Position numbers and translations under genes: made by a program
The notes under the pieces: model-generated
The model's database searches: none
Told to the model about the DNA's origin: nothing
What the model saw: only the letters and a program-made list of their open reading frames with translations
In this document: positions 47,890-58,193 of the stretch, piece by piece
Layout: each line of letters opens with the position of its first letter
How positions within the stretch are numbered: the first letter of the stretch is position 1
Assembly (NCBI GenBank): GCA_002715265.1
Contig: PAYS01000017.1
Span: 66,775 to 130,774, forward strand
Source: Candidatus Pelagibacterales bacterium
Lineage (GTDB): Bacteria > Pseudomonadota > Alphaproteobacteria > TMED109
Direction: 5' to 3'
Length of the DNA: 64,000 nt

Positions 47890-49272
47890 ATGTACAATCT
47901 AAAAAATAATGAAAGTGAAATGGATTATACAAATATAGATACTACAAACTTTAAAGAATATACCGTTACAGAATTAAGTAGCGCCTTAAAAAAAACAATA
48001 GAGGTAAACTTTGACGTTGTTCATGTTAGAGGTGAAATATCTAGTTTAACTGTCGCACGTTCTGGTCATACATATTTTTCTTTAAAAGATGATTTAAATA
48101 TTATCCAAGTAGTTATATGGTCTAGAGTTTCGCAAAGTATGAGTTTAAACTTAGAAGAAGGTATGGAAGTTGTAGTTATTGGAAAAGTTTCTACATATGC
48201 TCCTCAATCTAAATATAACCTTATTGCAAGTTCGATTGAACTTGCAGGAGAAGGAGCATTATTAAAATTAATAGAAGATAGAAGAAGAAAATTAGCTGAA
48301 GAAGGTTTATTTGATGAAAAACACAAAAAGCCTCTTCCTTATTTACCAAAAACCATAGGTATTATTACTTCTCAATCTGGAGCAGCTTTTCATGACATAA
48401 TTATAAGAGTCAAAGAACGTTTTCCAGTTAATATACTATTGATTCCGGTTTTAGTTCAAGGACCAGAATCTGCAAAACAAATAGCAGAAGCTATAGATAA
48501 AATTAATTACTACTCTAAAAATAATAAAGAAAAAATTGATGTTTTAATTGTTGGACGAGGCGGAGGTAGTTTTGAAGATTTAATGGCATTCAATGAAGAA
48601 ATAGTAGTCAGGGCAATATTTAATTCTGCTATACCAATAATATCTGCTGTAGGCCATGAGGTAGACAATTCACTTTCTGATTATGCAGCAGACAAAAGAG
48701 CGCCTACACCCACTGCAGCAGCAGAAATAGCATTACCTGAAAAAATCACAATATTTAACGAGATTGATACGTTATCAAGAAGGCTAATTAATAGTGTTAA
48801 AAATAAAATAGACTTTAGTGCAGAAAATCTAAATAAATATTCTTTGCCTAAGAGCAATGTTTTCTTTGACACAAAAATTATTACTTTAGATATGTTTAGT
48901 GAAAAATTAAAAAGTAAAATTAATGTATTTATCGATAGTTATTTAAATAGAATAGAAAAAAATAAATTAGATATTTTTTCTCCAAAAAAATATTGTTTGA
49001 ATCAAGAAATAAAATTAAGTGCATTGATAAAATTATTAGTTTCTTCTTATGGAAAAATATTAACCCAAAAAAATTCTAATTTTATAAAAATTTCTAATGC
49101 TCTAAATTTATTAAGTTATAATAGAACTTTGGAGAGAGGGTTTGCTTTAATTAAAGATGAAAAAAATAATACCATTAAAAGGGCTAAAGATATAAGTAAA
49201 ATTACTAAGATAAATATTAAGTTTTTTGATGGATTAGTTAGCGCAGATATAGATAAAAATAATGAAAATTAA
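47890..49272 (+). CDS. xseA: exodeoxyribonuclease VII large subunit
   Basis: OB-fold N-terminus (VTELSSALKKTIE...V.VRGEIS), central GRGGGS.EDL and HE.D motifs. Start moved to ATG 47890 because the listed 5' extension is antisense to purD. Confidence 0.9.
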   Translation: MYNLKNNESEMDYTNIDTTNFKEYTVTELSSALKKTIEVNFDVVHVRGEISSLTVARSGHTYFSLKDDLNIIQVVIWSRVSQSMSLNLEEGMEVVVIGKVSTYAPQSKYNLIASSIELAGEGALLKLIEDRRRKLAEEGLFDEKHKKPLPYLPKTIGIITSQSGAAFHDIIIRVKERFPVNILLIPVLVQGPESAKQIAEAIDKINYYSKNNKEKIDVLIVGRGGGSFEDLMAFNEEIVVRAIFNSAIPIISAVGHEVDNSLSDYAADKRAPTPTAAAEIALPEKITIFNEIDTLSRRLINSVKNKIDFSAENLNKYSLPKSNVFFDTKIITLDMFSEKLKSKINVFIDSYLNRIEKNKLDIFSPKKYCLNQEIKLSALIKLLVSSYGKILTQKNSNFIKISNALNLLSYNRTLERGFALIKDEKNNTIKRAKDISKITKINIKFFDGLVSADIDKNNEN

Positions 49273-50080
49273 CTATTTTATATACATTTTTATATTTTTG
49301 CTTTTTTCTTTTACTATTAGAGCAGAAACATTAATAAAGGGTGAAATAATTGCTGGAGGTATATTAATAATAAAAACACTTCCTAATTCAATTGTAAAAC
49401 TTGATGATAATATAGTTCCAATATCTGATAATGGATATGGATTAATAGGTTTTGAAAGAAAACCAAAAAATATTCAAAAATTAGAAATAGTTTCTCCAAC
49501 AAATCAAACAGAGGAAATTACGTTAAATATCAAAAATAGGTCATATAAAATACAAAAAATAGATGGTCTTGAAAAAGAAAAGGTTGAACCCCCTCAAGAA
49601 CTATTGGATAGAATATACAATGAAAAGATTAGAGTCAAAAAATCTCGTAATGAAGCAAATTCATTGAAAACTCCTTATTATTTAAATGGTTTTGTCATGC
49701 CAGTTAAAGGACCAATAACAGGCGTTTATGGTAGTCAGCGAATTTTAAATGGTGTTCCCAAAAGTCCCCATTATGGTTTAGATATAGCATTGCCTACCGG
49801 ACATAATATTAAGGCACCTATGGATGGTGTAATTATATTTACAGATAATGATTTATTTTATTCTGGTGGAACAATAATTATTGCTCATGGGCAAGGTTTA
49901 AGTACTTCTTATTTGCATTTAAGTAAAATCCTAGTTGAGAAGAATCAAAATGTACGTAAAGGAGATATTATAGGTAAAGTTGGAGCTACTGGAAGAGTTA
50001 CTGGGGCTCATTTGCATTGGGGAGTAGAGTGGATGGGTAAAAGACTTGATCCTGAATATTTAATAAAATTGTTTGATTAA
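49262..50080 (+). CDS. M23-family (LytM) metallopeptidase, secreted
   Basis: Signal peptide, HYGLDIA and GAHLHWGV zinc-ligand motifs. Confidence 0.88.
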   Translation: MKINYFIYIFIFLLFSFTIRAETLIKGEIIAGGILIIKTLPNSIVKLDDNIVPISDNGYGLIGFERKPKNIQKLEIVSPTNQTEEITLNIKNRSYKIQKIDGLEKEKVEPPQELLDRIYNEKIRVKKSRNEANSLKTPYYLNGFVMPVKGPITGVYGSQRILNGVPKSPHYGLDIALPTGHNIKAPMDGVIIFTDNDLFYSGGTIIIAHGQGLSTSYLHLSKILVEKNQNVRKGDIIGKVGATGRVTGAHLHWGVEWMGKRLDPEYLIKLFD

Positions 50081-50965
50081 TTATTTTTCCCATCTATTAT
50101 GTATCCAAAGCCATTGTTCCGGGTTTTTTAAAATCCATTTTTCTATTTTATTGTTTATCTTTAATAGTATCATTTTAACTTTATCATCATGATTCATTTC
50201 TTTACTATCAACCTTAATTGGTTTTTCAACTATATATTTAAATTTCACTCCTTTTATTCTTTCTACATGCACTGGTATAATAGGAACTGATAATCTTATA
50301 GAAAGTTCAGCAATAGCAGTTGCTGTTTTTGCAGGATGTCCTAGAAATTTAATAGATTCTCCTTCATTTAACTTTTGATCTGCTAGAATTGCCGCATATT
50401 TTTTTTGTCTCAATACTTTAAAAAGAGTATTTGCTCCTTTAGGACCCTTGGGAGCATATAGGCATATTCCTTTCCTCAGTCTTTGAATAATTTTTTCTGT
50501 TATTGGATTATTTGCGTGTCTATAAATTGAAGTTACCCTTTCTCCTCGTCTTGTAATTATAAGTGGACATATTTCCCAATTTCCTATATGAGCACTAAAA
50601 AGTATTGCACCAGATTTATTTTTTTTAAGATCCTCTAAGTATTTTTTTCCAATTATTGAGAATTTTTTTTTATCTAAATAAGGATTAAGTTTACTAGCAA
50701 ATATTAATTCACCTGTGTTCCTTCCAATATTATTCCACATGTTATTTTTGATAATAGAAATTTTTTTATTACTTAAATTTGGAAACACTTTTGTTAAATT
50801 ACTATTAGCAATATTATCTAGTTTAGTAAGTGGTCCTATAAATTGAACTATTTTTCCTCCCACAAAAGAAGATAGTTTAATACCTATGATTTTACATAAT
50901 ATTATCCAAAACAATAGAAGTATTGCTTCAATTAAATAACTAATAATTAATAATATTTTTTTCAT
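50081..50965 (-). CDS. lipid A biosynthesis late acyltransferase (LpxL/HtrB family)
   Basis: N-terminal TM, SAHIGNWE (H-x4-E) catalytic motif. Lies downstream of lpxK and waaA. Confidence 0.8.
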   Translation of the reverse strand: MKKILLIISYLIEAILLLFWIILCKIIGIKLSSFVGGKIVQFIGPLTKLDNIANSNLTKVFPNLSNKKISIIKNNMWNNIGRNTGELIFASKLNPYLDKKKFSIIGKKYLEDLKKNKSGAILFSAHIGNWEICPLIITRRGERVTSIYRHANNPITEKIIQRLRKGICLYAPKGPKGANTLFKVLRQKKYAAILADQKLNEGESIKFLGHPAKTATAIAELSIRLSVPIIPVHVERIKGVKFKYIVEKPIKVDSKEMNHDDKVKMILLKINNKIEKWILKNPEQWLWIHNRWEK

Positions 50966-50973
50966 ATTTTATC

Positions 50974-51951
50974 TTATTTATTTATGGTTAATGAATAAAG
51001 TTTATCATTAATAATTTTATCATTAATAAAATCTACTGTAATAGGAAAATAATAAATTCTATTTCTATATTTTTTTAGTATTTTTATATGGTCTTTTTCA
51101 GTGGTTATTAGTAAAGAGTTATATTTTATTGCAATATCAATAAGCTCTTTAAGATCTTTTTCTTTATATTGATAGTGATCTGGGAAAGACTTTTTATATC
51201 TTATGTTGCATCCAATTTCTTTTATCGTTTTAAAAAACTTTTCAGGAAAACCTAGGCCACAAAAAGCAACTACATTTTTATTTTTAAAATTATTTAGATA
51301 TTCACTTTCAATATTTATTTTAGCTTTAATTATAGGAAGTAAGTTATTTAACTTATTTGCTATATTATTTATATCTTCATCTATAATAATACTTAGATGA
51401 CATTTTTTTATACTATCACTAAGTTTTTCTCTTAGAGGACCTGCGGGAATAATTTTACCGTTTCCCAAACCTTGTAGACCATTAAATACTAATAGATTTA
51501 AATCTCCTTTGATAGAAGCATCCTGAATTCCATCATCTAAAACTACAATTTTTGCTCCCATTTTTTGTGCATTTTTTATACTTTCTATTCTATTATTTCC
51601 TATCCATGTAGGAGCTATCTTAGACAAAATTATAGATTCATCTCCTACCTCTTTATAAGAATGTATATCAGTATTTACCAGAGTACTTTTTTTTATAGAA
51701 CCTTTGTAGCCTCTAGATATAATATGAACTTGATATTTTGAATTAGCTAATTTCTTTACAATAGAAATAACTGTTGGGGTTTTTCCAGATCCTCCGGCAA
51801 CCACGTTTCCTACTTTTATTATTTTAATATTATTAAAGTTATAGGATTTTTTCTTTCTTAATACACTTCCTAAAACCCACAAAAATGAAATAGGCCTTAA
51901 TAATATTGAGATTATACTATTTTTGGAATACCAAAATTTTGGGGTTTTCAT
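50974..51951 (-). CDS. lpxK: tetraacyldisaccharide 4'-kinase
   Basis: P-loop VGNVVAGGSGKTP, SRGY and LDDG motifs. 325 aa. Confidence 0.9.
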   Translation of the reverse strand: MKTPKFWYSKNSIISILLRPISFLWVLGSVLRKKKSYNFNNIKIIKVGNVVAGGSGKTPTVISIVKKLANSKYQVHIISRGYKGSIKKSTLVNTDIHSYKEVGDESIILSKIAPTWIGNNRIESIKNAQKMGAKIVVLDDGIQDASIKGDLNLLVFNGLQGLGNGKIIPAGPLREKLSDSIKKCHLSIIIDEDINNIANKLNNLLPIIKAKINIESEYLNNFKNKNVVAFCGLGFPEKFFKTIKEIGCNIRYKKSFPDHYQYKEKDLKELIDIAIKYNSLLITTEKDHIKILKKYRNRIYYFPITVDFINDKIINDKLYSLTINK

Positions 51952-51964
51952 ATTTTATTTTCCA

Positions 51965-53248
51965 TTATAGTTTTAATATAGGCTTAAGAATATCTAATAT
52001 TTCCTTAACTGGGCTTGGCATATCTTTTACTAGTTTAAATGCCTTATTTTTTAATTTATTCACTTCATTGTTATTTTTACATAAAGAAGTTAATTCTGCT
52101 ATTAATTCATTAGTATTTTTTATTTGAATTGCTGCTTTATTATTTAATAAAATTTCAGCAGTACTTATGTGATTACTTACATCTGGTCCAAATATGATTG
52201 CACATTTTTCAAAAGCTGGTTCGATTAAATTATGCCCTCCTTTTTGAGCTAGACTTCCGCCTATAAAGCATATATCTGCAATTTCGTAAAAAGTTCCTAA
52301 CTCTCCTATGGTATCAGCAACATAAATATCTGTTATAGTTTTAGAAGGTTTTTTAGAACTTCTTAAATTAATATTTAAATTATTTTTGACTCCTAGTTTC
52401 AAAATATTGCTTATTTTTTGAGGATAACGAGGTACTATTATAGTTAGTAAGTTATGTTTTATTTTTTTTAGCTTTTTATGAGATAAAATTGCTGCTTCTT
52501 CCTCAATATTGTCATGAATACTTGCAAATACTATTATAAATTTTTTATTAATATTTTTGGTTAAGCTAGATTTTTTTGAATAAGACATTTTGGGGGCATT
52601 TACAGAATTTTTTAAATTTATTTCTTTAGCTATATTTACTGCCCCAATATTTTTATATCTCATATAGTTTTTATTATCTTGCGCTATTATTAAATTAAAT
52701 TTTTTAAAAATATATTTTGCAAAGCTTTTTAAAACTATCCATTTTTTATATGTATTTAGAGACATTCGTCCTTGTATAAGGATTAAGGGTATCTTTCTGT
52801 AATGACTATTAATTATTATATTTGGCCATATTTCTGATTCAATAAAAATAATAGATTTAGGCTTCCAATTATTTAAAAAAATATTTATTACAATAGGATG
52901 GTCTATAGGGGCATATTGGTGGCAGATATTATCGCTATTAATATCCTTTAAAATTGATCTCACATGTTTTGCGCTAGTGACTGTTACTGTAGTAAATAAA
53001 ATTTTAACATTATATGTTAACAATTCTTTTATTAAAGGAATCGCAGATCTAGCTTCGCCTAAACTTGCCGCATTTATCCATATCAAATTGCTGTTTTTAT
53101 ATTTATTGCTATTAAAACCAAATTTTTCTTTTATTTTATTAAGTTCTTCTTTTTTAAGAATTAGTCTGTAAAAATATATAAATGGAAGAAAAGGAGTGAT
53201 GAAAATCCATATAATATAGTAAAATTTAGCCAGAAGAAGTCCAAACAA
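51965..53248 (-). CDS. waaA: 3-deoxy-D-manno-octulosonic acid (Kdo) transferase
   Basis: N-terminal anchor, WINAASLGE motif, C-terminal GGSL...GGHN.IEPA. TTG start; no in-frame ATG for more than 150 codons. Confidence 0.9.
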   Translation of the reverse strand: MFGLLLAKFYYIIWIFITPFLPFIYFYRLILKKEELNKIKEKFGFNSNKYKNSNLIWINAASLGEARSAIPLIKELLTYNVKILFTTVTVTSAKHVRSILKDINSDNICHQYAPIDHPIVINIFLNNWKPKSIIFIESEIWPNIIINSHYRKIPLILIQGRMSLNTYKKWIVLKSFAKYIFKKFNLIIAQDNKNYMRYKNIGAVNIAKEINLKNSVNAPKMSYSKKSSLTKNINKKFIIVFASIHDNIEEEAAILSHKKLKKIKHNLLTIIVPRYPQKISNILKLGVKNNLNINLRSSKKPSKTITDIYVADTIGELGTFYEIADICFIGGSLAQKGGHNLIEPAFEKCAIIFGPDVSNHISTAEILLNNKAAIQIKNTNELIAELTSLCKNNNEVNKLKNKAFKLVKDMPSPVKEILDILKPILKL

Positions 53249-53282
53249 TTAAGTATCTTTCATAAATTAATAATAATTATTA

Positions 53283-54611
53283 TTATAGACCTGCAACCGT
53301 CATATTATCAATCATTAGAGTTGGAGCATCAATTCCGGTCATAAACTTTAAATCTGAAGCAGGGGTAATACTTTTGTACATGTCTAAAATATTGCCTGCA
53401 ACGGTAACCTCACTTACAGGGTATACTTTTTCTCCATCTTTTATCCAAAAACCAGTAGCTCCTCTACTATAATCTCCTGTAACCTCATTAAAAGACATTC
53501 CCATCATTTCAGTAATATAAAAACCATTTTTTATAGATTTTAATAAATCATTATTTTTTATTGTTCCTGGCTCAATATAAATGTTAGATGCTGAAGGAAT
53601 AGGAGGAGACCCAGCTGCATGGCCTGTACTTTTCATTTTCAACTGTCTTGCAGTATTACTATCAAGTATCCAAGATAATAATTTACCTTTTTCTACAATA
53701 TTAATTTTACTTGTTTTAACGCCTTCGCTATCAAATATTCTAGACCTAGGCCCTCTAGGTATAAGAGGATCATCAATAATATTTATATTTTTATTAAAAA
53801 TATTATTTTGTATTTTATCCTTTAAAAAAGAAGTTCCTCTAGCAACTGCTTTTCCCGATATTCCTCCTATTAATAAAGAAAGTAAGCTTCCAGATACTTT
53901 TGGGTCAAATATTACTGGCACACTATCACTCTTTACTTTTTTGGGATTTAATCTTGAAATAGCTCTTTCACCGGCAATTTTTCCAATTTCTTCAGGACTA
54001 TCAAGGTCTTTAATATGAATCTTACTTTGGTATTCATAATCTCTTTCCATCTTAGTACCTTCTCCAGCAATAACAGATATTCCTGCAGAATAATTTGTTC
54101 TTGTAAAATAATTATCAAACCCGTTAGAACTGTTTAAATAAAATTTACTCTTAGAATAGGAGTAAGAGCTTCCTTCAGAATTAGTAATACCTGCAATATT
54201 TAAAGCACTTTCTTCTGTTGCTAACGCTTTATTAAGCAAATCTTGATTATTAGGAACATAATTATCAACTAAATCTAAGTTAGTATTGCCATTGTATAAT
54301 TCAGATTTTTCAGGTAAGCCACAATAAGGATCTTCAGGAACAAATTTTACCATTGCTAAAGCATTATGGGCTAATTTATCAAGAGCCTCTTCTGAAAGGT
54401 CTGTAGAAGATACAGTAACTTGTTTTTTTTCATGTATTAAACGTAAACCAATACTTTTTGATTCATTTCTTTCAACATTTTCAAGATTGCCAAGTCGCGC
54501 GGTGACATTTAAAGAGGTGCTTTCTCTACCTATTACTGAAACGTCTTGACAGCCTAAATTTTTACTAAGATCTAAAAGTCTATGAATCTTTTCTTTAAGA
54601 TTATTACTCAT
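53283..54611 (-). CDS. pmbA: TldD/PmbA-family metalloprotease (PmbA-sized)
   Basis: 442 aa. C-terminal family core GFYITE..G......TGDYSRGA.GFWI..GE. Size and N-terminus fit PmbA rather than TldD. Confidence 0.85.
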   Translation of the reverse strand: MSNNLKEKIHRLLDLSKNLGCQDVSVIGRESTSLNVTARLGNLENVERNESKSIGLRLIHEKKQVTVSSTDLSEEALDKLAHNALAMVKFVPEDPYCGLPEKSELYNGNTNLDLVDNYVPNNQDLLNKALATEESALNIAGITNSEGSSYSYSKSKFYLNSSNGFDNYFTRTNYSAGISVIAGEGTKMERDYEYQSKIHIKDLDSPEEIGKIAGERAISRLNPKKVKSDSVPVIFDPKVSGSLLSLLIGGISGKAVARGTSFLKDKIQNNIFNKNINIIDDPLIPRGPRSRIFDSEGVKTSKINIVEKGKLLSWILDSNTARQLKMKSTGHAAGSPPIPSASNIYIEPGTIKNNDLLKSIKNGFYITEMMGMSFNEVTGDYSRGATGFWIKDGEKVYPVSEVTVAGNILDMYKSITPASDLKFMTGIDAPTLMIDNMTVAGL

Positions 54612-54993
54612 TTTTAAATTTTATTAATACCTCTTCGTTATAAATTAACATTTCACATTTACATGTTTTTTCAATTTTACTTGCTCTTCTCATCCTTTCA
54701 CAACCTTCTAAGGCTGCTTTTTTAGCAATTTTTAAGTCATACAAGTTAAATCCATAACCTAGAGCAGTAAAAATTTTTTCTTCTACAAAATTTTTGTCAA
54801 TAATTTCCCATGGTATACATGCTGCCCCAGATCTATTTTTTTCTAATTTGTCATAATTAACATTCCAATGCATCATAGAACGCTTAAATATTAAAATGAT
54901 GTCTTCTGCTGTAATAGTATCTTTTGCATATCCTGTATTAGTAATAAAAAGTAAGGCAAAAATAATAGAGAAGGTTGAGGTCATTAATTTCAT
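54604..54993 (-). CDS. hypothetical secreted protein, 4 Cys
   Basis: Signal peptide MKLMTSTFSIIFALLFITNTGYA-KD, with cysteines at AACIPW, EGCERM and KTCKCE. I recognise no family. The 8-nt overlap with the pmbA start supports it as a real, co-translated gene. Confidence 0.55.
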   Translation of the reverse strand: MKLMTSTFSIIFALLFITNTGYAKDTITAEDIILIFKRSMMHWNVNYDKLEKNRSGAACIPWEIIDKNFVEEKIFTALGYGFNLYDLKIAKKAALEGCERMRRASKIEKTCKCEMLIYNEEVLIKFKNE

Positions 54994-55028
54994 TATTCAA
55001 TATTCCTATATAACTAGTAATTAAAAAT

Positions 55029-56036
55029 TTATATAGTCCAAGTTTGACCTTTTTCCATAATATTACTTATTTTATTTTTATGTTCTTCTATCCTATGTGT
55101 ATAATATGAGTCAAGAGTAGGTTTTTCTGTACTATATAATACTCCTAGAGCTATTGGCATAGTACTTTGATTCATCTGAGATAGTAAATAAGCTATAATT
55201 TTGTTACTTTCATCATGAATTAAAATTTTACTTTCTTCTTTTTTATTAATTTTTAGGTCAATAACCTCTAATTTAGAATGATCTGCACTTAAAGATAATC
55301 CTTTTGTATTGTCTTCGCCAAATAACATTGGTTTACCATTTTCAAGATGTATTTGGCGTTCAATTGCAGCAGATTTTTCAGTAAAAGAATTAAAAACATT
55401 ATCATTATAAACAATACAATTTTGAAAAATTTCTACTAATGCAGTTCCGCTATGTTCTTTAGCTTTGCTCAAAGTTGGAACAAGCTGTTTAATAGCTGTA
55501 TCAACACCTCTAGCTACAAAAGTAGCTCCTGAGCTTAATGCTAATTCACACGCTGATAGGGGAGATTCTAAAGAACCTTTTGGTGTTGATGGAGATATTG
55601 TACCTGTTCTAGATGCAGGAGAGGCTTGTCCTTTTGTTAATCCATAAATTTCATTATTAAATAAAAGAATTTGGCAGTTAAGGTTTCTTCTAAATAAATG
55701 AATAAAATGATTTCCTCCAATTGATAAAGAATCTCCATCTCCTGTAATTACCCAAACGTCTAATTCAGGATTTGTTATTTTAATACCAGTAGCAAAAGCA
55801 GGAGCTCTACCGTGAATAGTATGAAAACCATAGGTAGACATGTAGTATGGCAATCTAGAGGAACAACCAATTCCCGATACAAATACGGTATTAGCTTTAT
55901 CAGCTTGATGGTCTGCTAACGTTCTTTTTACAGCATTTAAAATTGCATAATCGCCACAGCCAGGACACCATCGCACTTCTTGGTCTGATGCATAGTCATT
56001 TGGCTTTAATTGAGCAGGTTTTTCATTAATTCCCAT
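55029..56036 (-). CDS. korB: 2-oxoacid:ferredoxin (acceptor) oxidoreductase beta subunit
   Basis: Cys motif WCPGCGDY, TPP-binding GDGD..IGGNH. 335 aa. Confidence 0.9.
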   Translation of the reverse strand: MGINEKPAQLKPNDYASDQEVRWCPGCGDYAILNAVKRTLADHQADKANTVFVSGIGCSSRLPYYMSTYGFHTIHGRAPAFATGIKITNPELDVWVITGDGDSLSIGGNHFIHLFRRNLNCQILLFNNEIYGLTKGQASPASRTGTISPSTPKGSLESPLSACELALSSGATFVARGVDTAIKQLVPTLSKAKEHSGTALVEIFQNCIVYNDNVFNSFTEKSAAIERQIHLENGKPMLFGEDNTKGLSLSADHSKLEVIDLKINKKEESKILIHDESNKIIAYLLSQMNQSTMPIALGVLYSTEKPTLDSYYTHRIEEHKNKISNIMEKGQTWTI

Positions 56037-56038
56037 TT

Positions 56039-57907
56039 TTAAATCCCATCTTTTAAAATATTCAAGATTTTTTCTTTTAAATAAGATACCCTGAATGGTT
56101 TGCCAGAAACTTGAGTAATAGAATTAGCTTTTGGAGCAATTTCTGTTCGTAAAAGGTTATAGAGTTGTCCATCATTCATCTCTATAACTATAGTAGATTT
56201 AAACTTTGTAATAATTTCTTTTAATTTTGAACTTAGCGGCCATAAACAATTCAATTGTATATGGCTTATTTTGATATTTTCGTTCTTAAGTAATTCTTTA
56301 ACCTCGGAGATAGGACCGTTCGTTGATCCCCAGCCAATTAGTAAAATATCGCCATTATCTAATCCATTTATCGGAATATCTGAAAATTCTTTTTCTATAT
56401 TTTGAATTTTTTGATTCCTTAAATTAGTCATTTTCGCATGATTATCTGGATCATAACTAATATTTCCAGATATAGAGTCTTTTTCAAGTCCACCAATTCT
56501 ATGTTCCATTCCTTTAGTGCCTGGTTTCACCCATTTTCTTGCTAGCGTTTTTGGATCTCTCTCAAAAGGTTGATAATTTTCTATAAAATTTGCAAACTTT
56601 GCAGGAAATTTTTCAATTTTTTCAATATCAGGTATTAGCCAAGGTTCGGAAGCGTTAGTTAAGTAGGCATCAGATAGAATCATTACAGGCGTCATATACT
56701 TTATAGCAATTTTTATAGCTTTGTGTGATATATTGAAACAATCTGCTGGACTTTTAGGGGCCAAAACTACTAATGGGGCTTCCCCATGACGTCCATAAAT
56801 TGCTTGCATCAAATCTGATTGTTCTGCACGTGTGGGAAGTCCTGTTGAAGGTCCAGCCCTTTGACTATTAACAATAATTAGCGGTAGCTCTACTGATATA
56901 GCTAGGCCTATAGCTTCAGTTTTTAGGGATATTCCAGGTCCAGAACTTGATGTAACACCTAAACCGCCTGCATATGAAACACCAATTGCGGCGCAGCAAG
57001 CAGCTATTTCATCTTCAGCTTGATAAATTCCTATATTTTCTATTTCATAATTTGCTAAGTAATGCATTATTGGTGACGCAGGAGTTATAGGGTAAGAGCA
57101 TAAAGTCATTTTGAGGTTAGCATGATTTGCTCCAGTAGCTAGACCAAATGCAATCGCTTCTGCTCCTGTTATAGCCCTCCATTTTCCTGGTAATGGTTTA
57201 GCCTGTGGAACTTCTTTTCTTAAGATATCATTTGATATTTCAGTATTTTCTGCGTAGGCACTTCCTGCTTTCAAAGCAGCAATATTTGCTTTAGTAAGAA
57301 TATTATCTTTTCCAAATTTTTTTATAAGCCAATCTTCTGTTTGTTTGGTATTTTTTGAGAATAGCCATAAAATTAACCCTAAGGTCCACATATTTCTACA
57401 TCTTATTCCATCTTTTTGTCCTAAACCAAAATCTTTAACAGCTTCTATTGTTAAATTAGATATATCTGCAGATATTAATTGCATGCCAGATAAAGAATTA
57501 TCTTCTATAGGGTTATTAGAATAACCTGCTTTTCTTATGCCTCTATCATTAAAACTACCATTATCAATAATAATTAATCCACCTGGAATAACTTCTTTAA
57601 TATTCATTTTTAGTGCTGCAGGATTCATTGCAACTAAAATATCTGCGTGATCTCCAGAACTTGCAATAAGTCCTTCTCCAAATCTAACTTGAAAAGAAGA
57701 AACTCCAAAAGTTGTTCCTGCAGGAGCTCTAATCTCAGCTGGGTAATCTGGGAATGTAGCTAATCCCATCCCTGAAATTGCAGCCTCAAAGGTTAATCTG
57801 CCTCCAGTAAGTTGCATTCCATCTCCAGAGTCACCTGCAAATCTAACGGTGGTAGACCATTTGTCCATTTTTATTTGAGAGTTTTTTGTAGAAGGGTTTC
57901 CGTCCAA
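56039..57907 (-). CDS. korA: 2-oxoacid:ferredoxin (acceptor) oxidoreductase alpha subunit with fused gamma-like N-terminal domain
   Basis: About 610-622 aa. N-terminal FAGDSGDGMQ..G gamma-type domain, then the pyrimidine-binding alpha domain (CSYPITPAS). Start is either TTG 57907 (AAGAGA upstream) or ATG 57868. Confidence 0.9.
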   Translation of the reverse strand: MDGNPSTKNSQIKMDKWSTTVRFAGDSGDGMQLTGGRLTFEAAISGMGLATFPDYPAEIRAPAGTTFGVSSFQVRFGEGLIASSGDHADILVAMNPAALKMNIKEVIPGGLIIIDNGSFNDRGIRKAGYSNNPIEDNSLSGMQLISADISNLTIEAVKDFGLGQKDGIRCRNMWTLGLILWLFSKNTKQTEDWLIKKFGKDNILTKANIAALKAGSAYAENTEISNDILRKEVPQAKPLPGKWRAITGAEAIAFGLATGANHANLKMTLCSYPITPASPIMHYLANYEIENIGIYQAEDEIAACCAAIGVSYAGGLGVTSSSGPGISLKTEAIGLAISVELPLIIVNSQRAGPSTGLPTRAEQSDLMQAIYGRHGEAPLVVLAPKSPADCFNISHKAIKIAIKYMTPVMILSDAYLTNASEPWLIPDIEKIEKFPAKFANFIENYQPFERDPKTLARKWVKPGTKGMEHRIGGLEKDSISGNISYDPDNHAKMTNLRNQKIQNIEKEFSDIPINGLDNGDILLIGWGSTNGPISEVKELLKNENIKISHIQLNCLWPLSSKLKEIITKFKSTIVIEMNDGQLYNLLRTEIAPKANSITQVSGKPFRVSYLKEKILNILKDGI

Positions 57908-57992
57908 ATTATTTCTCTTTACACATATGTAATTACAATTTTAAACATAGTAATATATCAATAAATAATAATAAATATATTTATTAATTTTT

Positions 57993-58066
57993 TGGCTGGG
58001 GCGCCTGGATTCGAACCAGGGATACCGATACCAAAAACCGGTGCCTTACCGCTTGGCCACGCCCCA
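57993..58066 (-). tRNA. tRNA-Gln (anticodon UUG), CCA encoded
   Basis: The reverse complement TGGGGCGTGGCCAAGCGGTAAGGCACCGGTTTTTGGTATCGGTATCCCTGGTTCGAATCCAGGCGCCCCAGCCA folds as a cloverleaf. It has a U1-A72 first pair, anticodon loop TTTTGGT, and closely resembles E. coli tRNA-Gln as I recall it. Confidence 0.92.
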
Positions 58067-58193
58067 ATTGCTAAAATATATTAAAGAATATGTAACGTTA
58101 GATTAAGTTTTTCGCAAGTATAACTGTATAAAAAATTAACTATTTATTATTCAATAAATTGACTGAATAAAATTAAGTGATAAAACTTCTTAT

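Noticed and set aside
53581-54018. 145-aa ORF antisense to pmbA.
   Set aside because: It is embedded in the conserved TldD/PmbA core, with no independent signals. It is a shadow ORF.
57970-57985. Perfect 16-nt palindrome AATAAATATATTTATT just downstream of the tRNA-Gln 3' end, considered as a terminator.
   Set aside because: The stem is all A/T with no loop, so it would be thermodynamically very weak, and it lacks a clear U-tract. Such palindromes are frequent by chance in about 90% A+T spacers.
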